64,000 nt of DNA, taken from IMG/VR virus record IMGVR_UViG_3300035682_000004, one strand, 5' to 3'. Positions 19,522-29,843 of this stretch are shown in pieces. Position 1 is the stretch's first letter, and every line of letters starts with the position of its first letter. Made by a program: the position numbers and the translations under genes. The stretch is from a virus. Below the pieces are notes generated by a model. That model saw only the letters and a program-made list of their open reading frames with translations. It did not search any database and had not been told where the DNA came from.

Positions 19522-19773
19522 ATGGAAAATAAAAAATTTGAACCAACTAAAAAATTAACAAAAGCAGACGGAACAATCGCATATGTTTGGGAAGGTAAGT
19601 ACCATAACTGGGATGGACCAGCATTAATACCTCAAGGTGAAAGAAAAAAACGTGAGTATTATCTATATGGTATTAAATATACTGAAAAGTTATTTAAAGA
19701 ACATTGTAAACAACGTGAAGGTTTACCATGGTTCAAATCATCAACTGGCAATGCAGCTGGTTCTAGAGTTTAA
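19522..19773 (+). CDS. Small hypothetical protein (HxxDGPA motif)
   Basis: ATG at 19522 just after the promoter; YHNWDGPA. Confidence 0.6.
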   Translation: MENKKFEPTKKLTKADGTIAYVWEGKYHNWDGPALIPQGERKKREYYLYGIKYTEKLFKEHCKQREGLPWFKSSTGNAAGSRV

Positions 19774-19789
19774 ACAAATTAATTACAAC

Positions 19790-19820
19790 TTGGTCTCATT
19801 AGAGATTTTACATACATTAT
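19790..19820 (+). promoter_or_regulatory. Putative host-sigma-type promoter TTGG-N19-TACATTAT
   Basis: Bipartite motif with 19-nt spacer. Confidence 0.55.
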
Positions 19821-19825
19821 AATAT

Positions 19826-20356
19826 ATGAAAATAGGTTTTTGTGGAACAATGAGTGTTGGTAAAACAACATTAGTAAAATCATTAGGTGAATTACCTGAA
19901 TTTAAAGACTACTATGTTACAACTGAACGTAGTAAATATTTAAAGGATTTAGGTATTCCATTAAATACTGATAGTACTTTAAATGGTCAAACTATATTTT
20001 TAGCGGAACGTGTTAGTGAATTAATGCGTCCTAAATTAATTACTGATAGAACAGTTATTGATGTTATAGCATTTGCTAAATGTGCTAAATCTATTAATGT
20101 TTTAGATAAAGAAGCGTTTGAAGATTATGCTAAATTATTTGTTAGTCAATATGATTATATATTTTATGTAAATCCTATTGGAACAGTTATGGAAAATAAC
20201 GGAGTACGTGAAACTGATAATGAGTTTAGAAAAACAATTGATTTCTTTATTCAAAGAATTGCTGATAGATATTCACATCGTATGAAAAATTTTGTAGAAA
20301 TTAGCGGAACTAATGAAGAACGTGTTAAAAAAGTTAAAGAGACAATATTTTCATAA
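19826..20356 (+). CDS. P-loop nucleoside/nucleotide kinase-like protein (NadR/AAA_28 type)
   Basis: GTMSVGKTT Walker A; ITDRTVID; ENNGVRE. Confidence 0.75.
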   Translation: MKIGFCGTMSVGKTTLVKSLGELPEFKDYYVTTERSKYLKDLGIPLNTDSTLNGQTIFLAERVSELMRPKLITDRTVIDVIAFAKCAKSINVLDKEAFEDYAKLFVSQYDYIFYVNPIGTVMENNGVRETDNEFRKTIDFFIQRIADRYSHRMKNFVEISGTNEERVKKVKETIFS

Positions 20357-20377
20357 TATTTATCAGAAAAATATAAC

Positions 20378-21448
20378 ATGAAAATCAAAGAATTTAAATC
20401 TTTTATACGTGAAGAAATTATTTCTACATTGTCAGAAAATATAGGAGTTAGAATACAAGGCAAATCAGGTAAAGAAACAGTAACTTCATTTAAAGATTTA
20501 GCAGATGCTAATAAATTTAGACAGGAAAATCCTAATATAACAAAAATTACACCATTAGAAGAAGATAATAATTTAACCCTATTACAACAAGCAGTATACG
20601 AGTTTGAATCAGAAGTATCTCCAAACCCAGATGAATTTATTGAGGATATTAAAAAATTAAATTCAGTTAAAGATGTTTATGATTATTATGCTACTAAAAG
20701 AGGATGGTTACAAGATAAAGATCTTAAATACTCTTTAAAAGAGTTACTTAAATATCTTGTAAAGAAAAAATTAACAACTACAGCTGAATTAAAACAATTA
20801 TTGCTTAATGAAGAAAATAATTTAAATGAAATGGCTGTATCTTATAATTTAAATGTAGATAAAGCTCAAGAGTTAAAAGATATAATTGATAAAGCTAAAG
20901 AAGGTAATACAAAAAAAGTATTAAACTATCTTTTAGATAAAGAAGTAATACCATCTATGAAAACTGTAGCTAATGATTTAGGTTTACCTGATTCAGCTAG
21001 TTTTAATACTCGTGCCTTTAGAGACTTTATGCTTATGTTAAAAGATAAAGGTATAGTATCAATGGGTGGAGCTGCTCCAAAAGCAGCAGCTGTTAAACCA
21101 TCTAAAGAAAAAATAGAAAAAACAGTTAAAGCGATAGAAAAAGATATGGAGACAGGTGAAGAAGAAGCAGACAACTACTATAAAGTAAGCGACGAAGATT
21201 CAGCACCAGATGAAACAGCTATTGATAAACAAGCAACTCAAAAAGCTAATAAATTAACTAAACGTACTTCTGAATTAGATATAAACTTAAAAAAGAAAAT
21301 TAAAATAGAAGCAGAAATTCAAGCATTACTTGATAAATATAAAGAGGCTAAAGGTGACGAAAAATCAAATTTAGCAGCTAAATTAAAAGAAAAAAACAAC
21401 GAAAAGAAAGAAGTAGAAGCTTTAATAAATACATTTGATGTTGTATAA
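20378..21448 (+). CDS. Modular hypothetical protein, putative internal head protein
   Basis: Preceded by TATTTATC; leader MKIKEFKSFIREEIISTLSE; LEE and LNE boundaries. Confidence 0.55.
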   Translation: MKIKEFKSFIREEIISTLSENIGVRIQGKSGKETVTSFKDLADANKFRQENPNITKITPLEEDNNLTLLQQAVYEFESEVSPNPDEFIEDIKKLNSVKDVYDYYATKRGWLQDKDLKYSLKELLKYLVKKKLTTTAELKQLLLNEENNLNEMAVSYNLNVDKAQELKDIIDKAKEGNTKKVLNYLLDKEVIPSMKTVANDLGLPDSASFNTRAFRDFMLMLKDKGIVSMGGAAPKAAAVKPSKEKIEKTVKAIEKDMETGEEEADNYYKVSDEDSAPDETAIDKQATQKANKLTKRTSELDINLKKKIKIEAEIQALLDKYKEAKGDEKSNLAAKLKEKNNEKKEVEALINTFDVV

Positions 21449-21785
21449 AGAAATTCTTAAATTTTTAGGATACATAGGATTAGTGTTATTAATTGTAAAT
21501 ATTCTTAACATTAATCCTAATTTCCGTTTGGCTAAAGAAAACGAAGCATTAAATAATAAAATAGATTCACTACAAGCAAATATTGACTCTACTAAAATTA
21601 AAATTGCCCAATTAGATTCAGTTGCTACTGTTTATAAAAAACAAGTAATTGAAAATAAAACCAAATTATCGGGTTTAAAATATAAAGCCGATTTATATAA
21701 AACTAAATACAATGAAGAACATAATCGTATTAATAACTTGTCTAATGATGCCCTTGTTAGTGAGTTCACAAACGCTTTCAACTGA
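21438..21785 (+). CDS. N-terminal TM + coiled-coil protein, possible spanin-like lysis protein
   Basis: TM helix then heptad coiled coil; overlaps the next gene by 74 nt. Confidence 0.4.
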   Translation: MLYKEILKFLGYIGLVLLIVNILNINPNFRLAKENEALNNKIDSLQANIDSTKIKIAQLDSVATVYKKQVIENKTKLSGLKYKADLYKTKYNEEHNRINNLSNDALVSEFTNAFN

Positions 21786-22122
21786 GGATTTAGTTACAGT
21801 TCCTGCTAAAACATTAAAAAACGCTTTAATTGTAAAAAATGAACGTGATTATCTTAAAAATCAAATCACAGTAGTTAGAGATTCAGTTAATATTTTAGTT
21901 ACAATTACAAATAATCAAGATTCTATTATAAAAAATCAAGACACATCAATTTCATTATATAAAAAAATTGATACAGATCGTCAAAAACAATTAGAATATA
22001 AAGATAATATTATTACTGATAAAGATAATATTATTACTGATTACCAAAACCAAATAAAAAAATTCAAATTAAAGTTTATAGTTAGTTCTATTGCTTTTGT
22101 TGGTATTTTACTAGTTATATGA
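21712..22122 (+). CDS. Signal peptide + coiled coil + C-terminal TM protein, possible spanin-like partner
   Basis: MKNIIVLITCLMMPLLVSSQ; C-terminal FIVSSIAFVGILLVI. Confidence 0.4.
   Translation: MKNIIVLITCLMMPLLVSSQTLSTEDLVTVPAKTLKNALIVKNERDYLKNQITVVRDSVNILVTITNNQDSIIKNQDTSISLYKKIDTDRQKQLEYKDNIITDKDNIITDYQNQIKKFKLKFIVSSIAFVGILLVI
22000..22041 (+). repeat. Perfect 21-bp tandem duplication (KDNIITD x2)
   Basis: aaagataatattattactgat repeated twice. Confidence 0.9.
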
Positions 22123-23696
22123 GTCAAGACTTACGTGAAGTTATAAGACAGGAATATGTAAAATGTGCCTCTGATCCGGCTCATTTTATGAAGAAATACT
22201 GTTATATCCAACATCCTCAAAGAGGAAGAATCATGTTTAATCTATATCCATTCCAGGATAAAGTATTAAATTTATGGAAAGACAATCCATACAGTATAGT
22301 ACTTAAATCAAGACAATTAGGTATTTCAACACTATCTGCTGGTTATTCTTTATGGTTAATGTTATTCCATAAAGATAAAAACGTACTTTGTATTGCTACA
22401 AAGCAAGAAACCGCTAAAAACATGGTAACTAAGGTAAAATTTATGTATGAAAATTTACCATCATGGTTGAAAGTAACAGCGGATGAAAATAATAAACTTA
22501 CATTACGATTAAATAACGGATCTCAAATTAAAGCAGTATCAGCTGCTGGTGATGCAGGTAGATCTGAAGCTGTATCTTTGCTACTAATTGACGAGGCCGC
22601 ATTTATTGAAGGTATTGACACAATTTGGGCTTCTGCTCAACAAACCTTAGCTACAGGTGGTGGTGCTATTGTATTATCTACTCCTTATGGTACAGGTAAT
22701 TGGTTCCATCAAACATGGGTTAAGGCTGAAGCACAACAAAACGATTTCTTACCTATTAAATTACCTTGGTTTGTCCATCCTGAAAGAAATGAAGCATGGA
22801 GAAAAAAACAAGACGAATTATTAGGTGATCCTAGATTAGCATCTCAAGAGTGTGATTGTGATTTTAGTACTTCAGGAGATACAGTATTTTATTCAGAATG
22901 GATTGAATTTATATCTCAAACTACAATAAAAGAACCGCTAGAACGCCGCGGAGTTGACCGTAACTTATGGATATGGGAACCGGCGGACTACACTCAATCA
23001 TATATGGTTATAGCCGATGTAGCACGGGGTGACGGCAAGGATTTTTCCGCAGCTCATGTTATACATGTTGAATCAAATACACAAGTAGCAGAATATAAAG
23101 GTCAATTACCACCTAAAGAATTTGGATTTTTCTTAGTTGGCTTAGCTACAGAATACAATCAAGCTTTATTAGTAGTAGAAAATGCTAATATTGGTTGGTC
23201 AACATTAGACGCAGTTCAAGAACGTGGATATAAGAATTTATATTTTTCGCCTAAAAGTGATGCTGGAAATAATGCTGATGCTTATTTTGACCAATATATG
23301 GATAATTCAAAATTAGTACCTGGTTTTACAACATCACTGAAAACTCGTCCTTTAATAGTTAATAAATTTAGAGAGTATATAGGTGATAAAAGTGTTGTTA
23401 TTCAATCTAAACGTTTACTAGAAGAAATGAAAGTATTCATTTGGAAAAATGGTCGTCCTGAAGCACAATCAGGATACAATGATGACTTAATTATGAGTTT
23501 TGCAATTGGAATGTATTTAAGAGATACATCATTAAGATTTAAATCACAAAACCTAGAAATGTCTAGAGCAACATTAAGTAATATGTCTGTTAACAGAACA
23601 GGATTTACAGGTGCTTATGGTTCTAATGTTCCTAACCCATATAGTATAGAAAATGGTATGGGTGGAAATGAAGACATTAGTTGGTTAATACGATAA
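22119..23696 (+). CDS. terL: Terminase large subunit (T4 gp17-like)
   Basis: KSRQLGIST Walker A; LLLIDEAAF Walker B; STPYG; ADVARG; NDDLIMS. Confidence 0.95.
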   Translation: MSQDLREVIRQEYVKCASDPAHFMKKYCYIQHPQRGRIMFNLYPFQDKVLNLWKDNPYSIVLKSRQLGISTLSAGYSLWLMLFHKDKNVLCIATKQETAKNMVTKVKFMYENLPSWLKVTADENNKLTLRLNNGSQIKAVSAAGDAGRSEAVSLLLIDEAAFIEGIDTIWASAQQTLATGGGAIVLSTPYGTGNWFHQTWVKAEAQQNDFLPIKLPWFVHPERNEAWRKKQDELLGDPRLASQECDCDFSTSGDTVFYSEWIEFISQTTIKEPLERRGVDRNLWIWEPADYTQSYMVIADVARGDGKDFSAAHVIHVESNTQVAEYKGQLPPKEFGFFLVGLATEYNQALLVVENANIGWSTLDAVQERGYKNLYFSPKSDAGNNADAYFDQYMDNSKLVPGFTTSLKTRPLIVNKFREYIGDKSVVIQSKRLLEEMKVFIWKNGRPEAQSGYNDDLIMSFAIGMYLRDTSLRFKSQNLEMSRATLSNMSVNRTGFTGAYGSNVPNPYSIENGMGGNEDISWLIR

Positions 23697-23704
23697 TATT
23701 TATA
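23697..23704 (+). promoter_or_regulatory. Putative late promoter TATTTATA
   Basis: Immediately upstream of the portal gene. Confidence 0.6.
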
Positions 23705-23723
23705 ATTAATAACATATAATAAA

Positions 23724-25601
23724 ATGGCAGACAAAGGCTTATTTTCACGATTACAACGACTATTCTCTACTGATGTAGTGATGAGAAATCAGGGTGGTGA
23801 TCAATTAAAAGTAATGGACGTTAACACCATACAACAAACTGGTGATATCGCTACTAACTCATTAATGGATAGATATAATAGAATCTATTCAACTAATGCA
23901 TCTTCACTTTATGGAGCTCAATTAAATTTAAATTACCAATACTTACGTACCCAATTATATTCAGACTATGATATCATGGATCAGGATGCAATTGTTGGTT
24001 CAGCATTAGATATTGTAGCTGATGAATCTACATTAAAAGATGATATGGGTGAAGTATTATCTATTCGTTCATCAGACGAAAACATTCAAAGAATTTTATA
24101 TAACTTATTTTATGATGTATTAAACATTGAATTTAATTTATGGTCTTGGATTCGTCAAATGTGCAAATATGGTGACTTTTTCTTAAGATTAGAAATTGCT
24201 GAAAAATTTGGTGTATATAATGTTATTCCATACACAGCATATCATATTGAAAGACAAGAAAATTATGACAAAGACAAACCAGCATCTGTTCGTTTCCAAT
24301 TCAGACCTGAAGGATTTTTATCAGGTGATGGTTATTACAACACACCTAATTTAGGTCGTCAAAATGAACCAGGTATTTTCTTTGAAAACTATGAGGTAGC
24401 TCACTTTAGATTAATCACAGATGTTAACTATTTACCATATGGTAGATCTTATCTAGAACCAGCTCGTCGTTTATATAAACAATACGCATTAATGGAAGAT
24501 GCAATGTTAATCCATCGTGTAGTTCGTTCACCAGAAAAACGTACTTTCTTTATTAATGTTGGTTCTATCCCGCCTAATGAAGTTGAAGCATTTATGCAGA
24601 AAACTATTAGTTCAATGAAACGTACTCCATTAATGGATCAAAAGACAGGTGAATATAATGTTAAATATAATATGCAAAACTTACTAGAAGATTTTTATAT
24701 TCCAGTAAGAGGTAATGATCAGGCGACACGTATTGAAAATACTAAAGGTTTAGATTACGATGGTATTCAAGACGTTGCATATTTAAGAGATAAGTTATTC
24801 GCAGCATTAAAGGTACCTAAAGCATTTTTAGGTTACGATAAAGACTTACAAGGTAAAGCAACATTAGCAGCAGAAGATATTCGTTTTGCTCGTACAATCG
24901 ATCGTATTCAACGTATTACATTATCTGAATTATATAAAATTGCATTAGTACATTTATATGTTCAAGGTTATACTAACGATGAATTAACTAACTTTGAGTT
25001 ATCATTAACTACACCGTCTATTATATACGATCAAGAACGTATCATGTTAATGAAGGAAAAAGTTGATTTAGCTAAAAACATCATTGAAACTAAATTAATG
25101 CCTACTGATTGGGTTTATGACAATGTATTCAGATTCTCTGAAGATTCATATGATGAATATAGAGATATGATGATTGAAGATGCAAAACGTGAATTTAGAA
25201 TTGCACAAATTAGAGAAGAAGGTAATGACCCAGTAGAAACAGGTAAATCTTATGGTACACCACATGATTTAGCTAGTTTATATAGCAAAAACGGCGGACC
25301 AGAAGGTGAATTGCCACCAGGATATGACAATGATACACAATTAGGTCGTCCAAAAGAAAGAGTATCTAATATTAATACACAGGATAACGCATTAGGTCGC
25401 GATAGATTAGGTGTTAAAGATATGAAATCTGATGACCAATCAGGATATGGTAAATCAACAGCTAAACCATTTGCTTTAGAAAGTGCTAAATCAGCTTTTG
25501 CAAGAAATAAACGTTTGTTTGAACAAGTTGACAAAAAATTATGTCTTAGTCAAGAAAAACCAGGAGATTCGCTATTAGATGAATCCCAAATTAGAGAATA
25601 A
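23724..25601 (+). CDS. Portal protein (T4 gp20-like)
   Basis: LMEDAMLIHRVVRSPEKRTFFINVG; EDFYIPVR; ALKVPK; EDIRFARTI. Confidence 0.93.
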   Translation: MADKGLFSRLQRLFSTDVVMRNQGGDQLKVMDVNTIQQTGDIATNSLMDRYNRIYSTNASSLYGAQLNLNYQYLRTQLYSDYDIMDQDAIVGSALDIVADESTLKDDMGEVLSIRSSDENIQRILYNLFYDVLNIEFNLWSWIRQMCKYGDFFLRLEIAEKFGVYNVIPYTAYHIERQENYDKDKPASVRFQFRPEGFLSGDGYYNTPNLGRQNEPGIFFENYEVAHFRLITDVNYLPYGRSYLEPARRLYKQYALMEDAMLIHRVVRSPEKRTFFINVGSIPPNEVEAFMQKTISSMKRTPLMDQKTGEYNVKYNMQNLLEDFYIPVRGNDQATRIENTKGLDYDGIQDVAYLRDKLFAALKVPKAFLGYDKDLQGKATLAAEDIRFARTIDRIQRITLSELYKIALVHLYVQGYTNDELTNFELSLTTPSIIYDQERIMLMKEKVDLAKNIIETKLMPTDWVYDNVFRFSEDSYDEYRDMMIEDAKREFRIAQIREEGNDPVETGKSYGTPHDLASLYSKNGGPEGELPPGYDNDTQLGRPKERVSNINTQDNALGRDRLGVKDMKSDDQSGYGKSTAKPFALESAKSAFARNKRLFEQVDKKLCLSQEKPGDSLLDESQIRE

Positions 25602-25612
25602 TAATCCTTATA

Positions 25613-25620
25613 TATTTATA
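25613..25620 (+). promoter_or_regulatory. Putative late promoter TATTTATA
   Basis: Intergenic recurrence. Confidence 0.6.
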
Positions 25621-25636
25621 ATAAAACACTTTAGGA

Positions 25637-26491
25637 ATGATTGTTAAACATTCAAAATACAAGAATACTGGCATTTTATTTGAGCTTTTAGTTAGACAAA
25701 TCACGTCTGATACATTGTCAGGCGTAGACTCAAAAGCGGCAACTATTCTAAAAAAACACTTTGTAAAAACAGAGTTAGGAAAAGAGTATAAGTTATATGA
25801 AACGTTGTTAAACAACATTAGACTAAGCGAAGGCAAAGCAGATATCATTATTAATACTTTATTAGAAAGTGGTAAATATTTAAACAGATCAGCATTACGT
25901 CGTCAAAAATATAATTTAATTAAAGAAATTAAAGCAAATTATAACGTTGATGAATTTTTTAAAACTAAACTCCCTAATTACAAAACACAAGCAGCGTTCT
26001 ATACATTATTAGAAATGTATGATGGTATTAACCAACCAGAAGCTAATCAAGTAATCTCAAATAAATTAATTCTATTAGAACATTTAACTTCAGCACCACT
26101 TACAACAGTTGCTAAAGATACATTAATGGAAGAATTTAAGTCATACGATAAAGATATTCGTATGTTAACTTATAGAGCGTTATTAGAAAAATTTAATTCT
26201 AAATACGCTAATTTAAATGAAGGACAAAAATCAGTATTAAAAGAATTTATCAATAGTGTTGATAATCCATCTAAATTAAAAGATTTTTACAATACTAAAG
26301 TAACAGAAATTAAATCTGACTTAACTAAATTAAATAAAAAAGTTAAAGACAAGACAACTCAAATTAAAATTAATGAGGTGTCTAATATTTTAGTTACATT
26401 AGAAAAAAATGACAAAATTAGTAATGATGATATGACTAATTTACTTCATTACTATGAATTACTAGAAGAATTACATAAAGTAAATGGATAA
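25637..26491 (+). CDS. Hypothetical head-morphogenesis-region protein
   Basis: Lies between portal and protease; helical. Confidence 0.6.
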   Translation: MIVKHSKYKNTGILFELLVRQITSDTLSGVDSKAATILKKHFVKTELGKEYKLYETLLNNIRLSEGKADIIINTLLESGKYLNRSALRRQKYNLIKEIKANYNVDEFFKTKLPNYKTQAAFYTLLEMYDGINQPEANQVISNKLILLEHLTSAPLTTVAKDTLMEEFKSYDKDIRMLTYRALLEKFNSKYANLNEGQKSVLKEFINSVDNPSKLKDFYNTKVTEIKSDLTKLNKKVKDKTTQIKINEVSNILVTLEKNDKISNDDMTNLLHYYELLEELHKVNG

Positions 26492-27029
26492 TTTAAAACG
26501 TATTATTAAAGATACATTAAAAAAGATATCTGAAGAGTCAGGCACAGGAGGTGGAGCATCAGCTGGTGCTTTTAGCCCAGGTGAAGGACCACAAACAGCA
26601 GAAAAAGTAAAAAAAGAAGGAACCGATGCTGCTTATAAAAAAAATACTAATTCTAAAGGTACAACAAATAATATTTATGTTAAAAACTTTAAATATAAGT
26701 TAGTTAACCAAAAAGCATTAAATAAACAGGCAAAGGGAATTGAAGTTAAACAAATGTGGAAAGAAAATGTAAACGAAGCACAATTAGATGTAGACGCTTA
26801 TATTGATTCTTTAAACATAGATAAACCAGAATTAAAAACATTTATCAAATCTAGATTAGAAGGATTTGATACATTAGAACAAAAATTAAACGAATTATTA
26901 CCATTATTACAAAACGCAAAACAAAAAACATTAGATTACTATAAAAATAATCCTAATTTTAATGTATTATATGGTACTGATTTAGCAAACGATTATTTAA
27001 ACGACTTAATAAACTTATTTAAAGACTAA
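26484..27029 (+). CDS. Hypothetical protein, putative internal head protein
   Basis: Leader MDNLKRIIKDTLKKISEE; VNE boundary. Confidence 0.55.
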   Translation: MDNLKRIIKDTLKKISEESGTGGGASAGAFSPGEGPQTAEKVKKEGTDAAYKKNTNSKGTTNNIYVKNFKYKLVNQKALNKQAKGIEVKQMWKENVNEAQLDVDAYIDSLNIDKPELKTFIKSRLEGFDTLEQKLNELLPLLQNAKQKTLDYYKNNPNFNVLYGTDLANDYLNDLINLFKD

Positions 27030-27030
27030 T

Positions 27031-27255
27031 ATGGCAAATATACCTGTTAACACAACCGGAATAGTAACTACAACATCAATCACTGGTTCATACGCTGGCT
27101 TTACAGTAGTATCAGGCTCAGCTACCTTCACTGGTATAAAAGATTTTAATGGAAATTCATTAACAACTCCTTGGGTTGTACCTGCAGGATTTACTGTACC
27201 TATTTATGTAACTAGCGCTTCTTTATCTTCAGGAGCAGTATTATTTTACAATTAA
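27031..27255 (+). CDS. Small beta-rich virion or decoration-like protein
   Basis: Thr/Ser-rich; TGS, SGS and SAS motifs. Confidence 0.5.
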   Translation: MANIPVNTTGIVTTTSITGSYAGFTVVSGSATFTGIKDFNGNSLTTPWVVPAGFTVPIYVTSASLSSGAVLFYN

Positions 27256-27268
27256 TAACTCATTATAA

Positions 27269-28636
27269 ATGAAAACATTACAAGAACAATACATCCTTAT
27301 TAAAGAAGGAAAAGGAAATAAAGATCATTTCTTAAAACAAGCAAAAAATCTATTTCCTGAATATATTAATCAGTATTCTAGCTACGATTCTACAGTAAGT
27401 GTACTTAAATCAAAAAGTATCTTAAGTGAAGGTATTGGTGGTGTGATTAGTCACAAACCATCTCCATCATGGTTAGAAATATTTAGAGAAAATACAAATA
27501 ATGAAGCAGTAGATATGACTTCAGCTCCTTCTGGTCCATTTGGAGATGCTATAGGTTGGATATCACGAAGTAATGAGTATGGTAAAAACTTATTAATGAG
27601 TAACGGTATTACTAAAGCGGATGACGCTATTATTTTATTTAAAGCACTTAAATCCGGAAAAATTACAGAAGAAAATCTTAGTAAGGTTATAATGGCTGGT
27701 GGAAAGAGATTTACTGATACTGAAACATGGATAAAAGATATGAAACCTCTTTTAAAAAAGGCTAATGAACCAAATACAGTGAAAGAAGGTAATAATCTTA
27801 GTGTTAAATTAAGTGATGGTTCTGAAATCCAAAAAGGTAGTAAAGCTAAAATAAATGACGAAGTAGTAACAATTGTAAATATTACTAAAGTTGGTAACCT
27901 TAAGCATATTACAGGTAAAACTAAAGATGGTAGAGAATTATTAGCAAAAGGTAGTGCTTATGTATCTTCATATGACTCTAAAGAAGAAAATCTATCAGAA
28001 GTTATTGGTGTTCCAAATAGAAAAACATACGGTGACTATGATGAGTTTGCAAAACCATCTAAACAAGTTCAAAAAGATTTAGCTGATCAATTTGATAATG
28101 AAGATAAGAAAAATATTGACAATGTTTATGGTACATCTTTCTTAAATGGCTACTATGCTGAAATGAAAGATCCTAAAAACAAAACTAAAACAGTAGACGA
28201 ATTAAAACAAATTGTACTTAAAAACATGGTTAAAGACATAAACTATTATGCTAAAAATGCTATGTTTGGAACTAAAGGAGTAGGATTTAAAACTGAAAAA
28301 TTAACAATTGCACCTAAAGGTAAATATAAGTCAAGCGGATATGGTGATTTACCTAAAACTAAAACTATTAAAGAAAGTATCCATGACCTAGATATATTAT
28401 TAAGACCTCTTTCAAACCCAGATTTTCCACCATTAACGCGATCACCTGAAGAGTTAGGTAAAGAGGCAGATAATAGATCTGAAAACATGTTGTTAATGAA
28501 ATACCAAAAGCAAATTAATGATCGTAATATAACAGATGATGAATTGAGAGATATATTAAGTGGTCAAGGTGTTAAGGGATTTGGAGGAAGAAAAAATGCA
28601 ATTGAAAAAATTATAAGTAATAGAAATACAAATTAA
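27269..28636 (+). CDS. Modular hypothetical protein, putative prohead core or internal protein
   Basis: MKTLQEQYILIKE (resembles the T4 CTS MKTYQEFIAE); LSE, VKE and IKE boundaries. Confidence 0.55.
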   Translation: MKTLQEQYILIKEGKGNKDHFLKQAKNLFPEYINQYSSYDSTVSVLKSKSILSEGIGGVISHKPSPSWLEIFRENTNNEAVDMTSAPSGPFGDAIGWISRSNEYGKNLLMSNGITKADDAIILFKALKSGKITEENLSKVIMAGGKRFTDTETWIKDMKPLLKKANEPNTVKEGNNLSVKLSDGSEIQKGSKAKINDEVVTIVNITKVGNLKHITGKTKDGRELLAKGSAYVSSYDSKEENLSEVIGVPNRKTYGDYDEFAKPSKQVQKDLADQFDNEDKKNIDNVYGTSFLNGYYAEMKDPKNKTKTVDELKQIVLKNMVKDINYYAKNAMFGTKGVGFKTEKLTIAPKGKYKSSGYGDLPKTKTIKESIHDLDILLRPLSNPDFPPLTRSPEELGKEADNRSENMLLMKYQKQINDRNITDDELRDILSGQGVKGFGGRKNAIEKIISNRNTN

Positions 28637-28642
28637 CGTAAT

Positions 28643-29248
28643 ATGAGACAAGTATTAATTGAAACACAATTATTCTCACCCAAAGCTGTTAGCTTAACTG
28701 AAGGAACTAATCCTGGAGGTAACCTATTAGTAAAAGGTGTATTAGCTACTGTCGAAGTAAAAAACGGTAATGGTAGATATTACGCTAAAGAATTATGGGA
28801 ACGTGAAATGGATCGCTACATGGAATCAATTCGTGAGAATAGAGCTTTAGGTGAATTAGACCACCCAGATTCTTCAATTATTAACTTAAAAAATGTTTCA
28901 CATAATATTAAAAAATGCTGGTGGGATGGAAATAATGTAATGGGTATGATTGAAATCTTACCTACTCCATCTGGTAACATTTTAAAAGCATTAATCGATA
29001 GTGGTATTACAGTAGGTGTATCATCAAGAGGAATGGGTTCATTAGAACAAAAAGGTAATGTAATGGAAGTACAAGATGACTTTGAATTACTATGTTGGGA
29101 TTTCGTTTCAACACCTTCTAATCCGGGTTCATGGATGCTACCAACTAGCTTAAATGAATCATATATTCCTAGTATAAATCAATACAGTAAAATTAATTCA
29201 ATTATTACTGATATTTTATGTGCTAATGGATCATGTCCGTTATTCTAA
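28643..29248 (+). CDS. Prohead protease (T4 gp21-like)
   Basis: KNGNGRYY; ALGELDHP; VSH; GVSSRGMGS; WDFVSTPS. Confidence 0.93.
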   Translation: MRQVLIETQLFSPKAVSLTEGTNPGGNLLVKGVLATVEVKNGNGRYYAKELWEREMDRYMESIRENRALGELDHPDSSIINLKNVSHNIKKCWWDGNNVMGMIEILPTPSGNILKALIDSGITVGVSSRGMGSLEQKGNVMEVQDDFELLCWDFVSTPSNPGSWMLPTSLNESYIPSINQYSKINSIITDILCANGSCPLF

Positions 29249-29249
29249 C

Positions 29250-29843
29250 ATGAAAAATTTATTTCTAGTAATATTAATTTGTCTATCAACAGTAGTTTTT
29301 GGACAAACTAAATTAAGAGATAGTGTTAACTATCAAACTCCTAACTTCCGTATTGTTTATTCTGAAATTTTAGAACAACCTAAATGGGTTACCTACACAG
29401 TTAAATGTCCTACAGGTACTGCTTCTAGAGCAAGTATGGAATTCTACACAGACAAAAATATTAAAACATCTGATAACGAAGATTATGTTAATAATGAATG
29501 GGATAAAGGACATATTGCTCCTGCTGCTTCATTTAATTGTACTAAAGAAATGTTATACTCAACATTTACCTATATTAACTCAGCAATGCAACAACAATCA
29601 CTTAATCGTGGTCCTTGGAAAACATTAGAAATATGGGAACGTGAACAAGCTAAAACTACAACAGTATCAGTATATGTTAGATTAGATTATGATAAAGTAC
29701 CTAAACGTGTACCTACAAACGCGGCGATACCTAAAGGATTTTATAAAGAATTAAAAGTAGGTAATACTAAGTATTGTTATTATTTTCCTAACATCGCCCC
29801 TACATCAAAAGACTTAAATACGTTTAAGTGCAATTGTAAATAA
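29250..29843 (+). CDS. DNA/RNA non-specific endonuclease (His-Me finger) with a Sec signal peptide
   Basis: ATG at 29250; MKNLFLVILICLSTVVFG; WDKGHIAPA; QSLNRGPWK; IPKGFYK. Confidence 0.85.
   Translation: MKNLFLVILICLSTVVFGQTKLRDSVNYQTPNFRIVYSEILEQPKWVTYTVKCPTGTASRASMEFYTDKNIKTSDNEDYVNNEWDKGHIAPAASFNCTKEMLYSTFTYINSAMQQQSLNRGPWKTLEIWEREQAKTTTVSVYVRLDYDKVPKRVPTNAAIPKGFYKELKVGNTKYCYYFPNIAPTSKDLNTFKCNCK

Noticed and set aside
19637-19822. Alternate-frame ORF overlapping 19522-19773 (and similarly 31532-31756 inside the MCP gene)
   Set aside because: Overlaps a better-supported gene and has no credible start context
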